Part shown: positions 30,189-39,475 of the stretch, piece by piece
Layout of the letters: every line of letters begins with the position of its first letter
Numbering within the stretch: the first letter of the stretch is position 1
Virus record (IMG/VR): IMGVR_UViG_3300045747_000506
Span: 1-61,640 of that record
DNA length: 61,640 nt
Origin: a virus
Taxonomy: Duplodnaviria > Caudoviricetes
Strand: one strand, 5' to 3'
Translations under genes and position numbers: made by a program
The notes under the pieces: model-generated
What the model was told of the DNA's origin: nothing
What the model saw: the letters and a program-made list of their open reading frames with translations, nothing else
Databases searched by the model: none

Positions 30189-30258
30189 GTTAATTCTCCT
30201 ATCTATTGTTGTTTAATAAAATCGTTAGTCTAGCTGCGCGTACTGCGAGCTTAAAAAA

Positions 30259-30984
30259 CTATTTTTTGTTTAATTCTTTTTTAGCTTTAGCTATAAATTC
30301 GTTTAACTTGTTTTTAATAACTACATCTGTACCTTTCATTTGTGGCTTTTTATTGAAAGGAGTTCTTTCAATAAATTTAGCTGCAATATGAAGTTGGTCA
30401 CAAGCTGCAAAACTACTATCCGCTAATCCCATATCTAGTGCTTCTTGAGATGTAATCCAAGTTTCAGCGGCCAGCATATTAGCTATTTCTAATTTATTCA
30501 TTCCAGTTTTCTTAGCGTAGATGTTGATCATTTGATCTTCGATCTTATCTAGAATATTAATCATTCTTTCAAAATCAGAAGCGTTTCCAGCACACCCTAC
30601 ACTTGGCTTATGCCACATAAGCATAGACCCATCTCCAACGATGATCTCATCAGCAGCTAAAATAATTACAGAAGCAATAGATGCAGCAAGCCCATCTACA
30701 TAGGCTACTACTTTACGTCCCTTATTTTTCTCTGCCTTAATTAGTTCATAGATAGTCATCCCAGAAAAAACTTGTCCTCCAGGAGAATTAACTCTTAATT
30801 GGATTTCTTTACATGTAGCAGGTAGTTTATTTAAAGCATCCTTGAAATCTTTTTCAGATATACCATCACCCCACATACTGGCCCCAATGTCACCATAGAG
30901 TAGTATTTCAGAAACAGTTTCCGATTTATTTATAATCTCAAAAGGTTTTACCTTTAGAGATTTAATATCTATTAAGTCTGTCAT
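30259..30984 (-). CDS. ClpP-type head maturation protease
   Basis: NSPGG, DGLAASIASVI, MWHKP, ETWITSQEA..GLAD. Confidence 0.95.
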   Translation of the reverse strand: MTDLIDIKSLKVKPFEIINKSETVSEILLYGDIGASMWGDGISEKDFKDALNKLPATCKEIQLRVNSPGGQVFSGMTIYELIKAEKNKGRKVVAYVDGLAASIASVIILAADEIIVGDGSMLMWHKPSVGCAGNASDFERMINILDKIEDQMINIYAKKTGMNKLEIANMLAAETWITSQEALDMGLADSSFAACDQLHIAAKFIERTPFNKKPQMKGTDVVIKNKLNEFIAKAKKELNKK

Positions 30985-31130
30985 ATTAGGTACTCCTATC
31001 TTAAAGTAGAATATATAATATATATTTTGTCTACTAGAGAATTATATACCTAATCGGCTATAGTGTGTATATCTAAAGCCCGAAGGGAGCGTGAAAATAG
31101 TTGAAGTAAATAGTATGACAATAGGTGTTA

Positions 31131-32834
31131 CTATAAAAATCTAATGCCACGATCATTATAATTACTGCCTTCCTCTTTCTCATTAATCCACCCAGCAAGG
31201 CACATTAATGCACAAACGATTGGATCTATTTTTAAACTTTCGTTAGATTTACGGGGGTAATAATTTCCAGCAGCATCTGCTTTGGCCACTACGTTTCCGA
31301 TACAGAATTTTAATAGGGGAGATCCGTTATGATGAAACCTACCCTCTCTAATTAGAGCATCTAATGTCTTCATCGGCTCGGAGTAATTTGCTACAGTTTG
31401 TCTGAACTCTACAACATTTACATGTTTCTTTTCTAAGTTCTGGCTGAATGATACAGCGTTCCACGGGTCAAAAAAGGTAGCATGGTTTCTTAAATTTTTT
31501 ATCATTAGGAGAAAATCTTCTTCTAATTTATTGTAGTGAATCGCCTCTCCTGGAGTTGTGAATAAATACCCATCTCCAATACAATTATCATAAAGAGCAT
31601 TTCTAGCTTCTTGAACTGTCTTCTCAGGTATGTGGCATTTATCGAAGAAATAGTAATGGCCATTTTTTCTAAATAGAAATCCAAAAGCAGTTAAGTCAGT
31701 TTTTGAGGCCAAGTCAATTGCAGAATAACAATATTCATTTTTAAAGTTTTCTATTTTTAAAGTTGGGTCAGCACACGCTTCCCATTTGTCGACATTGAAA
31801 AATGCTGCTGATTCTGAAATCCAGCAATTTAAGGATTTAACTTTAAAGTTGGCCAAATCTGAAGGAACTTCTCTTGCCTTAATTGCTGCTGCTTCAAACG
31901 CAATCGGATCTACTGATACTCCATAATTCGGGTTAGCTTTTTTCCATGTATCCTCAACAAATAAGTCATCGTTGTCATCAATAGTATAGACTACTGCGCA
32001 GAAGGTTTCGTCCTCTAGCTCCCCTAGTGCCACTTTCTTAGCATACTGACTCTGAGAAAATCCTATCCCCTCAATCGAAAATCCAGCAGTAGTGCAACAT
32101 ATAGTCAGAGAGTCATTTCTCTTTTTTTGCCCAGAAATTATAACCTCGTAGAGATCTCGACTCATCGCGTGAAGCTCATCTAGAAAAGCTACTCTTAAGT
32201 TTAACCCATCCATAGACTTCGACTCTGAAGACATAGAAACCATTTCAGAATCAGTAGAGTCGTCTACTAACTTATGGGCCAATACTTTTACATTACTTGC
32301 TTTTAAATATTGTTCAGACTTCCTGGCCATTGATCTCGATCCATCTAAAATAATTCTTGATTGAGAACTTTTAGTCGCAAAACATGCAATCTTCTCACCA
32401 GCTCTATTTTTTTCTAGCCCTAGAAAAAATAGGGCACACTGGCTTGCCATAGTCGACTTAGCACAACCGCGCGGTATTTCTATATGGATAGTTCTATATT
32501 TAGGTATTCTAGGATTCCACCTATGTTTAAACCCGAGGGCAAATGCCCATACCCACTTTTGCCAAGATTGGTACTTTATATTGGGTGTCTCCCATGTACC
32601 TATATAGTGTTCAAATTTCTGTACTAGTTTTAAATATCTTTCTGCGTACTCTACGTCGAAAAAATATTTTGACTCTGGGTTTTTAGATAGCTCTATATCT
32701 TTTAAAAATCTTTTAGCCGCCCCTTTAATATATTTACAAGAAATTATTCTACCTTCCACAACTTCAGCAGCATAATGAAAAGCCTCAAAACAGTTTACTT
32801 GATCTTCCCAATCGAAAGGATTTTCTAAAGACAT
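31131..32834 (-). CDS. terL: Terminase large subunit (HK97/cos-type family)
   Basis: IPRGCAKS Walker A, LDELHA, TTAG, WKKANPNYG, DLASKTDLTA, KIDP. Confidence 0.97.
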   Translation of the reverse strand: MSLENPFDWEDQVNCFEAFHYAAEVVEGRIISCKYIKGAAKRFLKDIELSKNPESKYFFDVEYAERYLKLVQKFEHYIGTWETPNIKYQSWQKWVWAFALGFKHRWNPRIPKYRTIHIEIPRGCAKSTMASQCALFFLGLEKNRAGEKIACFATKSSQSRIILDGSRSMARKSEQYLKASNVKVLAHKLVDDSTDSEMVSMSSESKSMDGLNLRVAFLDELHAMSRDLYEVIISGQKKRNDSLTICCTTAGFSIEGIGFSQSQYAKKVALGELEDETFCAVVYTIDDNDDLFVEDTWKKANPNYGVSVDPIAFEAAAIKAREVPSDLANFKVKSLNCWISESAAFFNVDKWEACADPTLKIENFKNEYCYSAIDLASKTDLTAFGFLFRKNGHYYFFDKCHIPEKTVQEARNALYDNCIGDGYLFTTPGEAIHYNKLEEDFLLMIKNLRNHATFFDPWNAVSFSQNLEKKHVNVVEFRQTVANYSEPMKTLDALIREGRFHHNGSPLLKFCIGNVVAKADAAGNYYPRKSNESLKIDPIVCALMCLAGWINEKEEGSNYNDRGIRFL

Positions 32835-33679
32835 TTAACGGCCTCGTGAAATAAAATTCTATTACCAATAATTTCTGGGATAGCTGGTACTACAGAATTT
32901 CCAAGCTGTCTGATACGCTGAGCTCTAGCTCGGTCCAATCTTCTATGTAACCCATCATCCACTCTACAAACTGAGGATTCAACTTCCCACCGACTACGGA
33001 ATTTAGCGGTGGCTTCTGTCCACCACTCGGATTTTTCTTTCTCGGAGGTAAAGGTGGGCCAGAATCGAAAGTTGTGGGAGTTGGTAGCTGAAGTTTGTTC
33101 ATTCTCACTAGAGTTTCTAGACTCTCCCGAATCGGTCCCGTCCTGCCAGCTCCCCCCTCCCTGATTTGACCCGTACGGATTTGCAGTTGGGTAGGCAACA
33201 ATCCATATTCTCTCCCTGAGATGAGGGGCACCAACGGATCTTGCTGATATAATTTCCCACTCTGCATCGTACCCGATCTTCCAGAGATCTTGCAGAACTG
33301 TGACAAGTCCATTACTTCGCAAGTTTGCCACGTTTTCGATAATGACGTAACTTGGTAGTGTCGTTTCGATGATTCTTTTGTATTCAAACCACAATCCACT
33401 TCTAGTACCATCTGATATGCCCCTTTGCTGCCCTGCGACGGAAATATCCTGACAAGGAAATCCTCCCACTATAACGTCTATTTTAGAGTGTTCTCCAAGA
33501 CAAGTTAGATTTTTTATATCTTTAAATTTAGTAGTAACTGGCCAATGCTTATTTAAAACTCTCTGGCAGTGTTCATCGATCTCACAAAATGCTACTGTCT
33601 CAAACCCCCCAGTAGATTCAAGTCCTAGGGAAAAACCCCCTATTCCGCTAAATAAATCTAATACTTTTAATTTACGCAA
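32825..33679 (-). CDS. DNA (cytosine-5) methyltransferase, alpha-type chain (motifs I-VIII and X)
   Basis: DLFSGIGG, GGFPCQD, IENV, PHLRERIW, LGNSVVP; no motif IX in this frame. Confidence 0.95.
   Translation of the reverse strand: MRKLKVLDLFSGIGGFSLGLESTGGFETVAFCEIDEHCQRVLNKHWPVTTKFKDIKNLTCLGEHSKIDVIVGGFPCQDISVAGQQRGISDGTRSGLWFEYKRIIETTLPSYVIIENVANLRSNGLVTVLQDLWKIGYDAEWEIISARSVGAPHLRERIWIVAYPTANPYGSNQGGGSWQDGTDSGESRNSSENEQTSATNSHNFRFWPTFTSEKEKSEWWTEATAKFRSRWEVESSVCRVDDGLHRRLDRARAQRIRQLGNSVVPAIPEIIGNRILFHEAVKCL
32890..33411 (-). CDS. Nested +1-frame methyltransferase beta-type chain (TRD-like region plus motif IX)
   Basis: LLPT / LPTPTTFD and KLNPQFVEWMMGYIEDWT; AGGGG SD-like sequence upstream of ATG 33411; exact start uncertain. 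Confidence 0.75.
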   Translation of the reverse strand: MVLEVDCGLNTKESSKRHYQVTSLSKTWQTCEVMDLSQFCKISGRSGTMQSGKLYQQDPLVPLISGREYGLLPTQLQIRTGQIREGGAGRTGPIRESLETLVRMNKLQLPTPTTFDSGPPLPPRKKNPSGGQKPPLNSVVGGKLNPQFVEWMMGYIEDWTELELSVSDSLEIL

Positions 33680-33950
33680 ACAATTTCTTCTCTAACACTG
33701 AGGTTAAATGAAAAATATCTTTACAGTATCCATGCATGATAACTGCTCTAGGAGTTGGAGTGTGTCTTCTGCCGTGAACTTCAAATAATTTTATTCCCAA
33801 CTGTTTTTCAAATCTTGTAATAGTGGCACTTACTACAGGCTGGGTAGTACCTAATCTCTCTGCTGCTTCAGTCTGATTTCTAGAACTCATCACTACATAA
33901 AAGCAGTACAAATGATTTAAGTTTTCTATTCTTCTATATTTAAACATCAA
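33672..33950 (-). CDS. Stand-alone LysR-type winged-HTH protein
   Basis: NLNHL..F..V, AAERLGTTQPVVSATI..FEKQLGIKLF, PTPRA; no effector domain. Confidence 0.88.
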   Translation of the reverse strand: MMFKYRRIENLNHLYCFYVVMSSRNQTEAAERLGTTQPVVSATITRFEKQLGIKLFEVHGRRHTPTPRAVIMHGYCKDIFHLTSVLEKKLFA

Positions 33951-33961
33951 TAACTCCTAAA

Positions 33962-34324
33962 TTAATCGAACTCATTATATCTATCATCCATGTTATTCAT
34001 TACCCTATCCTCAACCAATACGAGGCCAAGTATGTTTGAGTAGCTTCTAATTTCTGCAATAGTACTTTTCTGTAGAGCTACTAGTGGGTGAATTTTAATT
34101 TGCGTCCCATTCCTACCGACTGACTCATAGGTCTTCCCAGTGAACTCCAGCTCAGCGTCTATTTCATCAAGTGTGACGAATAGGGAGCATAAAACTTTTA
34201 TCTGCTGTAAGTGGGAAAACTTAAGATTTTCTCTTTCTTGAACATCGGGAATTACGCTATTCCAATAATAGGTAAACTCTACGTCCTGCGGCTTAGGTGA
34301 TGGGTGTTTTATTATAGTAGTCAT
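33962..34324 (-). CDS. terS: Terminase small subunit (P27 family)
   Basis: GRNGTQIKIHPLV..Q...IRSYSNILGL; upstream of TerL. Confidence 0.8.
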   Translation of the reverse strand: MTTIIKHPSPKPQDVEFTYYWNSVIPDVQERENLKFSHLQQIKVLCSLFVTLDEIDAELEFTGKTYESVGRNGTQIKIHPLVALQKSTIAEIRSYSNILGLVLVEDRVMNNMDDRYNEFD

Positions 34325-34330
34325 GTATCT

Positions 34331-34359
34331 ACTATATAGATTGGTATATAGTATGTAAA
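34331..34359 (-). promoter_or_regulatory. Putative sigma70 promoter for the packaging operon
   Basis: TTTACA-17-TATAGT on the minus strand just before terS. Confidence 0.45.
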
Positions 34360-34378
34360 GCTATAAAGTAGAGTATTG

Positions 34379-35986
34379 CTATAGAGCGTCTATGGGGTCA
34401 TAAGTACCATCTATTATATGTTTATTTCTCATATATTCCTGTTCAACATATCGAAGAAACTCAGGATTTGGCATAATACAGTTAATTTCTTTACCAGAAG
34501 AATCGTCAATATCCTTCATGTAAGATCCAATATAATAGTCACCACGATACTTATAGTCTTTCAAGAATAGTTCAAATGTCTGAACTCTATCTGGAAACTT
34601 AAGAGTCTTAGCCTTACCGTCTCCAGAGTCATATTTTATTTTAAAAGCAACTGACATATCTCTAAATGGAATTGGCTCACCCTCGACACCGTTTTCTTTA
34701 ACGTATTCGATAATAAAATTCTTCCACTCTGCAATGGCCATATTACAAAGGAAGTAATAGTAGTCACCTTTGACGGCATACATAAAACTTCTTTTAGGTC
34801 TTCTTTCAAGAATATACTCACCAAATTCTGCAACTTCTCTAAAGATTTCCTCACCCTCTAAGTTATCATTAAAATCCTGGATATCCTTTTCAGATATAAC
34901 AGTTCTTAGATCGTGATCTGCAACTCTTGGCACTGAGAATCTTCTATCTTGAGACTCAATTCTTAATTGGGATATATCATTTAACAGAATTGCCATTGAA
35001 GTGAAGTTATCTATTGTCTGAGAGTCAACTCCCTTCTCTTCTAATACAATTCTATTATTGGCCATAGCTTTAAGCTTATTGATGGCAATGTTGCTGGCAA
35101 CTTCTACTTCTTCAAAGATGATTAGTCTTTTATTCTTAAAAGCTGAATTAAATTTATCTTCTAATATTTCCTGATTAACCTGCTCAGAGTATTCATGGCC
35201 CACTAAGTAAGAAACTATAGACATCAATAAAGACTTCCCAGTACCTCTAGGGCCAGCTAGGCACAGAATCGTCCCATTTCTACGAGTAACCGCATAATGA
35301 ATCCAATCCAGCACGTCCTCGCGTTCCTGGGCTATGGGAAATAGATGCTCCATAAGTCTTTTAACGAATCCACCATAATTGGGAGTAGCTTCAGCGAATC
35401 TCCAACGAGGTGGGACATAGGTATTTAAGTGTTTTACTGGGACACCTAATTGATGGTTTATCTTCTCAGTAAATGGCTCTAGTGAGTATGGATTAAATTG
35501 AGGTATTACAGATACCACATCAGAAGAAACTATGATGTCTGCCTCTTTTTGACCTGTCTTTAGAAGATATACTTCAGTACTTATCTCATTAACTATTCTA
35601 AAAGTTTCTGGGTGTAGTAGTAGTATCTTCTCTTTACTATTGGCAGATAAATTAACTACGGGGTATAGAGAACGAACAGTATTAGACAAACCAGATTCAG
35701 TAGTAGTGCTATAAATTGCTAGGTCGGTGTCTATTAAAACTCTATTGGCCTTATGACCGTTTAGTACTTCTGCTACCTCGCTGTACATGGTATCGAAATC
35801 GATTAGTACGTCATTTAATTCTTCTCTATGATTTTTTAAGGCAGTTGGAAAGTTGATGCTTTTAAACAACCTTTTAACGTCAATAAAATTACCTAAGGTA
35901 GTAGTGTATTTTGCCCCTCTTCTTCCTTGGTATCCATTATCAATTGCCGTATTTAAAATTAGATCTTTTTGGTTCTCTGTTAACAT
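34379..35986 (-). CDS. SF3-like / D5-type helicase (DUF5906-like)
   Basis: GPRGTGKS Walker A, KFNS, LIIFEE, EEKG, DRRF; no obvious primase domain. Confidence 0.85.
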   Translation of the reverse strand: MLTENQKDLILNTAIDNGYQGRRGAKYTTTLGNFIDVKRLFKSINFPTALKNHREELNDVLIDFDTMYSEVAEVLNGHKANRVLIDTDLAIYSTTTESGLSNTVRSLYPVVNLSANSKEKILLLHPETFRIVNEISTEVYLLKTGQKEADIIVSSDVVSVIPQFNPYSLEPFTEKINHQLGVPVKHLNTYVPPRWRFAEATPNYGGFVKRLMEHLFPIAQEREDVLDWIHYAVTRRNGTILCLAGPRGTGKSLLMSIVSYLVGHEYSEQVNQEILEDKFNSAFKNKRLIIFEEVEVASNIAINKLKAMANNRIVLEEKGVDSQTIDNFTSMAILLNDISQLRIESQDRRFSVPRVADHDLRTVISEKDIQDFNDNLEGEEIFREVAEFGEYILERRPKRSFMYAVKGDYYYFLCNMAIAEWKNFIIEYVKENGVEGEPIPFRDMSVAFKIKYDSGDGKAKTLKFPDRVQTFELFLKDYKYRGDYYIGSYMKDIDDSSGKEINCIMPNPEFLRYVEQEYMRNKHIIDGTYDPIDAL

Positions 35987-36037
35987 GCCTATATCCTTGG
36001 ATAGTGTTTCTTTAATAATTTACTCGCAGTTGTGAAC

Positions 36038-36066
36038 AATATAATTATCTAAAGATCTATTGTCAA
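36038..36066 (-). promoter_or_regulatory. sigma70-like promoter for the helicase gene
   Basis: TTGACA-17-TATATT on the minus strand. Confidence 0.65.
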
Positions 36067-36207
36067 TTGACGAAAAGGAATATAATATGTGTTAGTCATA
36101 GTCTGTGGTAATCCTTTGTGTATCTTAATGATGACCTCGCAGTTACCAAAAAGAATTCAGTTAGCATGACCACAGACTTGACTTCAAACCAACCAAAATC
36201 CATGACC

Positions 36208-36480
36208 CACTGCAACTGTAGTACTGTAACGGAAAATAAAACTAAAAGTTTTAAAAAGAAAGATATTTATTTTATAAGTTCTACAGTAAACAGCAGTGTT
36301 TTCAAGTACCTAATTTTATTCAGTCCACCTATTTGGGCCATAGCTTTATGCTATATGGGTATGCTTTTTTTCGTCTAAAAAGGCCTAAACACTGTCTACT
36401 GTAACGAAAATAAAACTTTTAAAAAATTGTTTTTAAAACAAAAAAATATTTTTTCTAAATTTCGTTACAGTATACAGTAC
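36208..36480. repeat. Putative replication origin: two inverted-repeat units around A/T-rich spacers
   Basis: TACTGTAACG(G)AAAATAAAACT at 36222 and 36397; inverted arms near 36279-36298 and TTCGTTACAGTA at 36461. Confidence 0.6.
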
Positions 36481-36516
36481 CGTAAGTAGTAATAATTACA
36501 TTGTAGATATTACCTA

Positions 36517-36545
36517 TTGAATAATGCTATGAATTATAGTATATT
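36517..36545 (+). promoter_or_regulatory. sigma70-like promoter
   Basis: TTGAAT-17-TATATT upstream of 36584. Confidence 0.55.
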
Positions 36546-36583
36546 GTTATAGAGTACTAAAAAAGCCCCACTAGGAGATAATT

Positions 36584-36943
36584 ATGAAATTTAGAACGCA
36601 TGAGAGACGGATTTCTGCTAATGCTGACCTAACTAAGTTTAGAGTTCAGTATAAAGTTGGAGGGAAAGCTAGAGCTAATATTCTATCTAGCATTGAAGAG
36701 GCCAGAGTATTAAGGGATAAGACTGACACTCCAGATACTAAGAAACAATTAAAAGCTGGTACAATGACTAATGACCCTAGAGGAGTAATGCCTTTAGAAG
36801 TGGCACTATCATCTTCTAATAAGAGAGAGGAAGTAGCTCCTAAGTCTGTAAACCTATCAGGATCTAAAGAGCCAATGAGTGAAGAGAAAAAGGCACTATT
36901 AGAGATGCACATGAACTTAATGAAAAAAGTATTTGGGATATAG
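36584..36943 (+). CDS. Putative DNA-binding protein (AP2/arm-binding-like N-terminus)
   Basis: KFRVQYKVGGK...SIEEARVLRD pattern; AGGAG RBS. Confidence 0.5.
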   Translation: MKFRTHERRISANADLTKFRVQYKVGGKARANILSSIEEARVLRDKTDTPDTKKQLKAGTMTNDPRGVMPLEVALSSSNKREEVAPKSVNLSGSKEPMSEEKKALLEMHMNLMKKVFGI

Positions 36944-36950
36944 GTAATAT

Positions 36951-37871
36951 ATGCAGAGGCTAACTCTAGATAAAATACTTAAAAGTACTGTTAAAAACGC
37001 TAGAGATCCTCTGTTTTATTTCACTAATTTAATTAAATATTCTAAGTTAAATATGGGAGGAGATTACTGGAGGTTAGATACTTCAGTTGCCTCCGAAATT
37101 ATGGCAAGGATAAATCCTGAGTCTGCCCTCTTTATAGATAAGTACTTAGGACAATCTGGATCTATAGAAAAGAAGATAATATTTCACGGAGTAGAATACC
37201 GAGAAGGCAATTTTGATAACTATGTTGTGTCTAAGCCACTGTTGGAAGTTCTAGGGAAAGTTAGAGTTGATATGCCTGTATCTCAAATCAAACTGGGAGT
37301 TAACTCCTATTTTGAGCTTGGAGGATACAAAGGATTTGAATTTGCCTTAATATCTACTTACATAAAACCAGCAGGTCTAACTCTAGGTGGGGTACAATTA
37401 AAAATTTCTGCTTATAACGATACTACGGGTAAGGTGGCCTATTGGGGAATAGACTTAGGGGAAGACACTCTTGAGAAGTGTTTGGCCAAAGTAAATGCTT
37501 TTTACGGGCAAGAATGGGACCTAGCTACTGTAGAGGCTCCAGATGACATATTCCACACTTTTGCTAACTTACTAATATACATTTCCAACCCTACAGACGA
37601 GTTCAAAAAAGAGTTTAACTCCTTCTCAAGCAACAATAAGAAATGTCAAAAGGAGAAACTTGAGTATACTCAAAAACCATTTATTAGAATTGGGTATGAT
37701 GCAACTTTCTTAAGACTAGTCACTGAAACAGAATTTGGAGTTAGAGGGCACTTTAGATGGCAGCCATTCGGTGTTGGTAGGGTACAAAGAAAGTTAATAT
37801 TTATAGACCCTTTCACTAAGACTCAAAAAAAGTTTATAGAAGTAGATAAAGATTATATACCAGTAGACTAA
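36951..37871 (+). CDS. Conserved phage hypothetical protein
   Basis: C-terminal VRGHFRWQPFG..RKLIFIDP motif recurrent in phage proteins of unknown function. Confidence 0.7.
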   Translation: MQRLTLDKILKSTVKNARDPLFYFTNLIKYSKLNMGGDYWRLDTSVASEIMARINPESALFIDKYLGQSGSIEKKIIFHGVEYREGNFDNYVVSKPLLEVLGKVRVDMPVSQIKLGVNSYFELGGYKGFEFALISTYIKPAGLTLGGVQLKISAYNDTTGKVAYWGIDLGEDTLEKCLAKVNAFYGQEWDLATVEAPDDIFHTFANLLIYISNPTDEFKKEFNSFSSNNKKCQKEKLEYTQKPFIRIGYDATFLRLVTETEFGVRGHFRWQPFGVGRVQRKLIFIDPFTKTQKKFIEVDKDYIPVD

Positions 37872-37892
37872 TATATAGCTTTATGCTATACT
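37864..37892 (+). promoter_or_regulatory. sigma70 promoter overlapped by a palindromic operator-like site
   Basis: TAGACT-17-TATACT with extended TG; ATAGCTTTATGCTATA at 37875-37890 is also present at 36340-36355. Confidence 0.55.
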
Positions 37893-38195
37893 TATATTGT
37901 GGCTTAACAAATTGGAGTTTTAAATGATTAAAAAGATTACTGAAATAATGGTTTCTATCAATGTTGCTCTAGGAATTTTCTTTGTAGTACTTGTAGCATT
38001 AAAGACTATTGGAACTATCTAGAACTATACGCAACTATTGCTAACTTTCGTTCAAGAAATTCAAACAATTAGCAACTATCTAAAGCAAAACCTGAGCAAA
38101 ATACAACCTAAACCCCCTGAAATTATTAGTAAAATACATAAAACCTAGTAATTACGGGGCTTTAGGACATCGAATTATAGCTATAAATAATGAAT

Positions 38196-38243
38196 TCCCC
38201 GACGGTGCTGGACCCCTACAAGTTTGTCTAGCTATCCCCCCGT
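38196..38243 (-). other. GC-rich cos-like site A (candidate genome end)
   Basis: GGGGGGATAGC...AGGGGTCCAGCACCGTCGGGG in a long AT-rich non-coding region, upstream of terS in minus orientation. Confidence 0.4.
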
Positions 38244-38941
38244 ATTCATTGAGGAATTTCTTCGTTTGATTTATTAATGCTACTAAGTCAGGGTAGGACT
38301 ACATAGTCATGTCTAATGAGCTCTAATAGCTTTTAAATATAAGTATTGGATATAAAATAGGTCGTTGAATTACAATGAGTTTAGTCACTCAAACAAAATA
38401 AAGTATAACAATATCAAGTAGTTATAGCACCTCCTCTCTAATGGCCCTTAAACGATTCGCTTTAAAAAGATAAGTAATTGATATTGAGTAAAAAATATAA
38501 CTACTAGATTGCTGATAGGCCGACGCTATTTAAATCAATCAATCAATCAATATAACTTTTTTCTTTAATGGGTAGTAGTTAACTAGATACATCTAACAAT
38601 GCATAGGTACTATTATCATCTAACTAAATTGATCATTATAAGGGGAAGTCGTTAAAATGATCATTATAGTAGTAACCATAATTAATAAGTATATAGTGAG
38701 ACTCTCCTGGCCATTGATCGAATAACGCCTATAAATATAGTCAAATAGTATGTATTAGCTTCTAATTTTCACCTTTAAGACTTGGAAGAGTGAAACTATT
38801 TCATTATCTAAGTATCTATTAACATAGTAAATAATAGAAATATATTAGAACAATATATAATTATCTAATCTATACTAAAAAGCTATGGTATTATCTCTAT
38901 AGTAAAGGAAATAAGGATTCTTTAATAAAGGAGATAAAAAA

Positions 38942-39169
38942 ATGAAACTAGAGAGATTAATTTATGAACTAAATTGCAAAAAGACATGTTTAGAAAAAGC
39001 CATTATAGAGCAAAAACAACACGCTATAGATCAGTTTACTAAGGAAGTTGAACTATATACTAGTGCGATAGCTAACTATAACAATACTTTAAGTGCTAAT
39101 GAAATTGAAATTGTTAAAAATACTATCAAGGCACTAACTAACCTACTTAATAAAGGAGAAAAAAAATGA
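38942..39169 (+). CDS. Early hypothetical protein
   Basis: Strong AAGGAG RBS; first gene of the plus-strand operon. Confidence 0.7.
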   Translation: MKLERLIYELNCKKTCLEKAIIEQKQHAIDQFTKEVELYTSAIANYNNTLSANEIEIVKNTIKALTNLLNKGEKK

Positions 39170-39475
39170 AACTTTATAAAATATGGTCAATGGAACTAAA
39201 TAGATTTACAGGCCATAACTTTAAAACAGAAATTGAGGCCTTAGAATTTTTGCATACTCTAGATAAACGAATTCAATACTTTATTATCGAAACAATTAAT
39301 TAATTAGGAGAAAAAAATGAAAAACGAGAGAGTAATTCACATTAGAGTTTTATCTTCAAAAAAAGAATTAAGAGAGGTTGATTTAGGATTCTTTTACATA
39401 AATTTAGCTATTATGAGTACTTTAGTTGCCTCAATTTTAACAATGCTTAAATAATTATTATTAAAGGAGATTTTT

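Noticed and set aside
29503-30216. 237-aa plus-strand ORF and similar antisense ORFs (5777, 9431, 12220, 15944, 28654, 53944, 61292 etc.)
   Set aside because: Shadows of well-supported minus-strand genes; no RBS or recognisable motifs
32825-33679. Frameshifted methyltransferase pseudogene or sequencing error
   Set aside because: Both frames are open through the overlap and the main frame retains motif X, matching a known two-chain architecture
36118-36378. 86-aa ORF
   Set aside because: Overlies the inverted-repeat origin-like element, has no RBS and looks low-complexity
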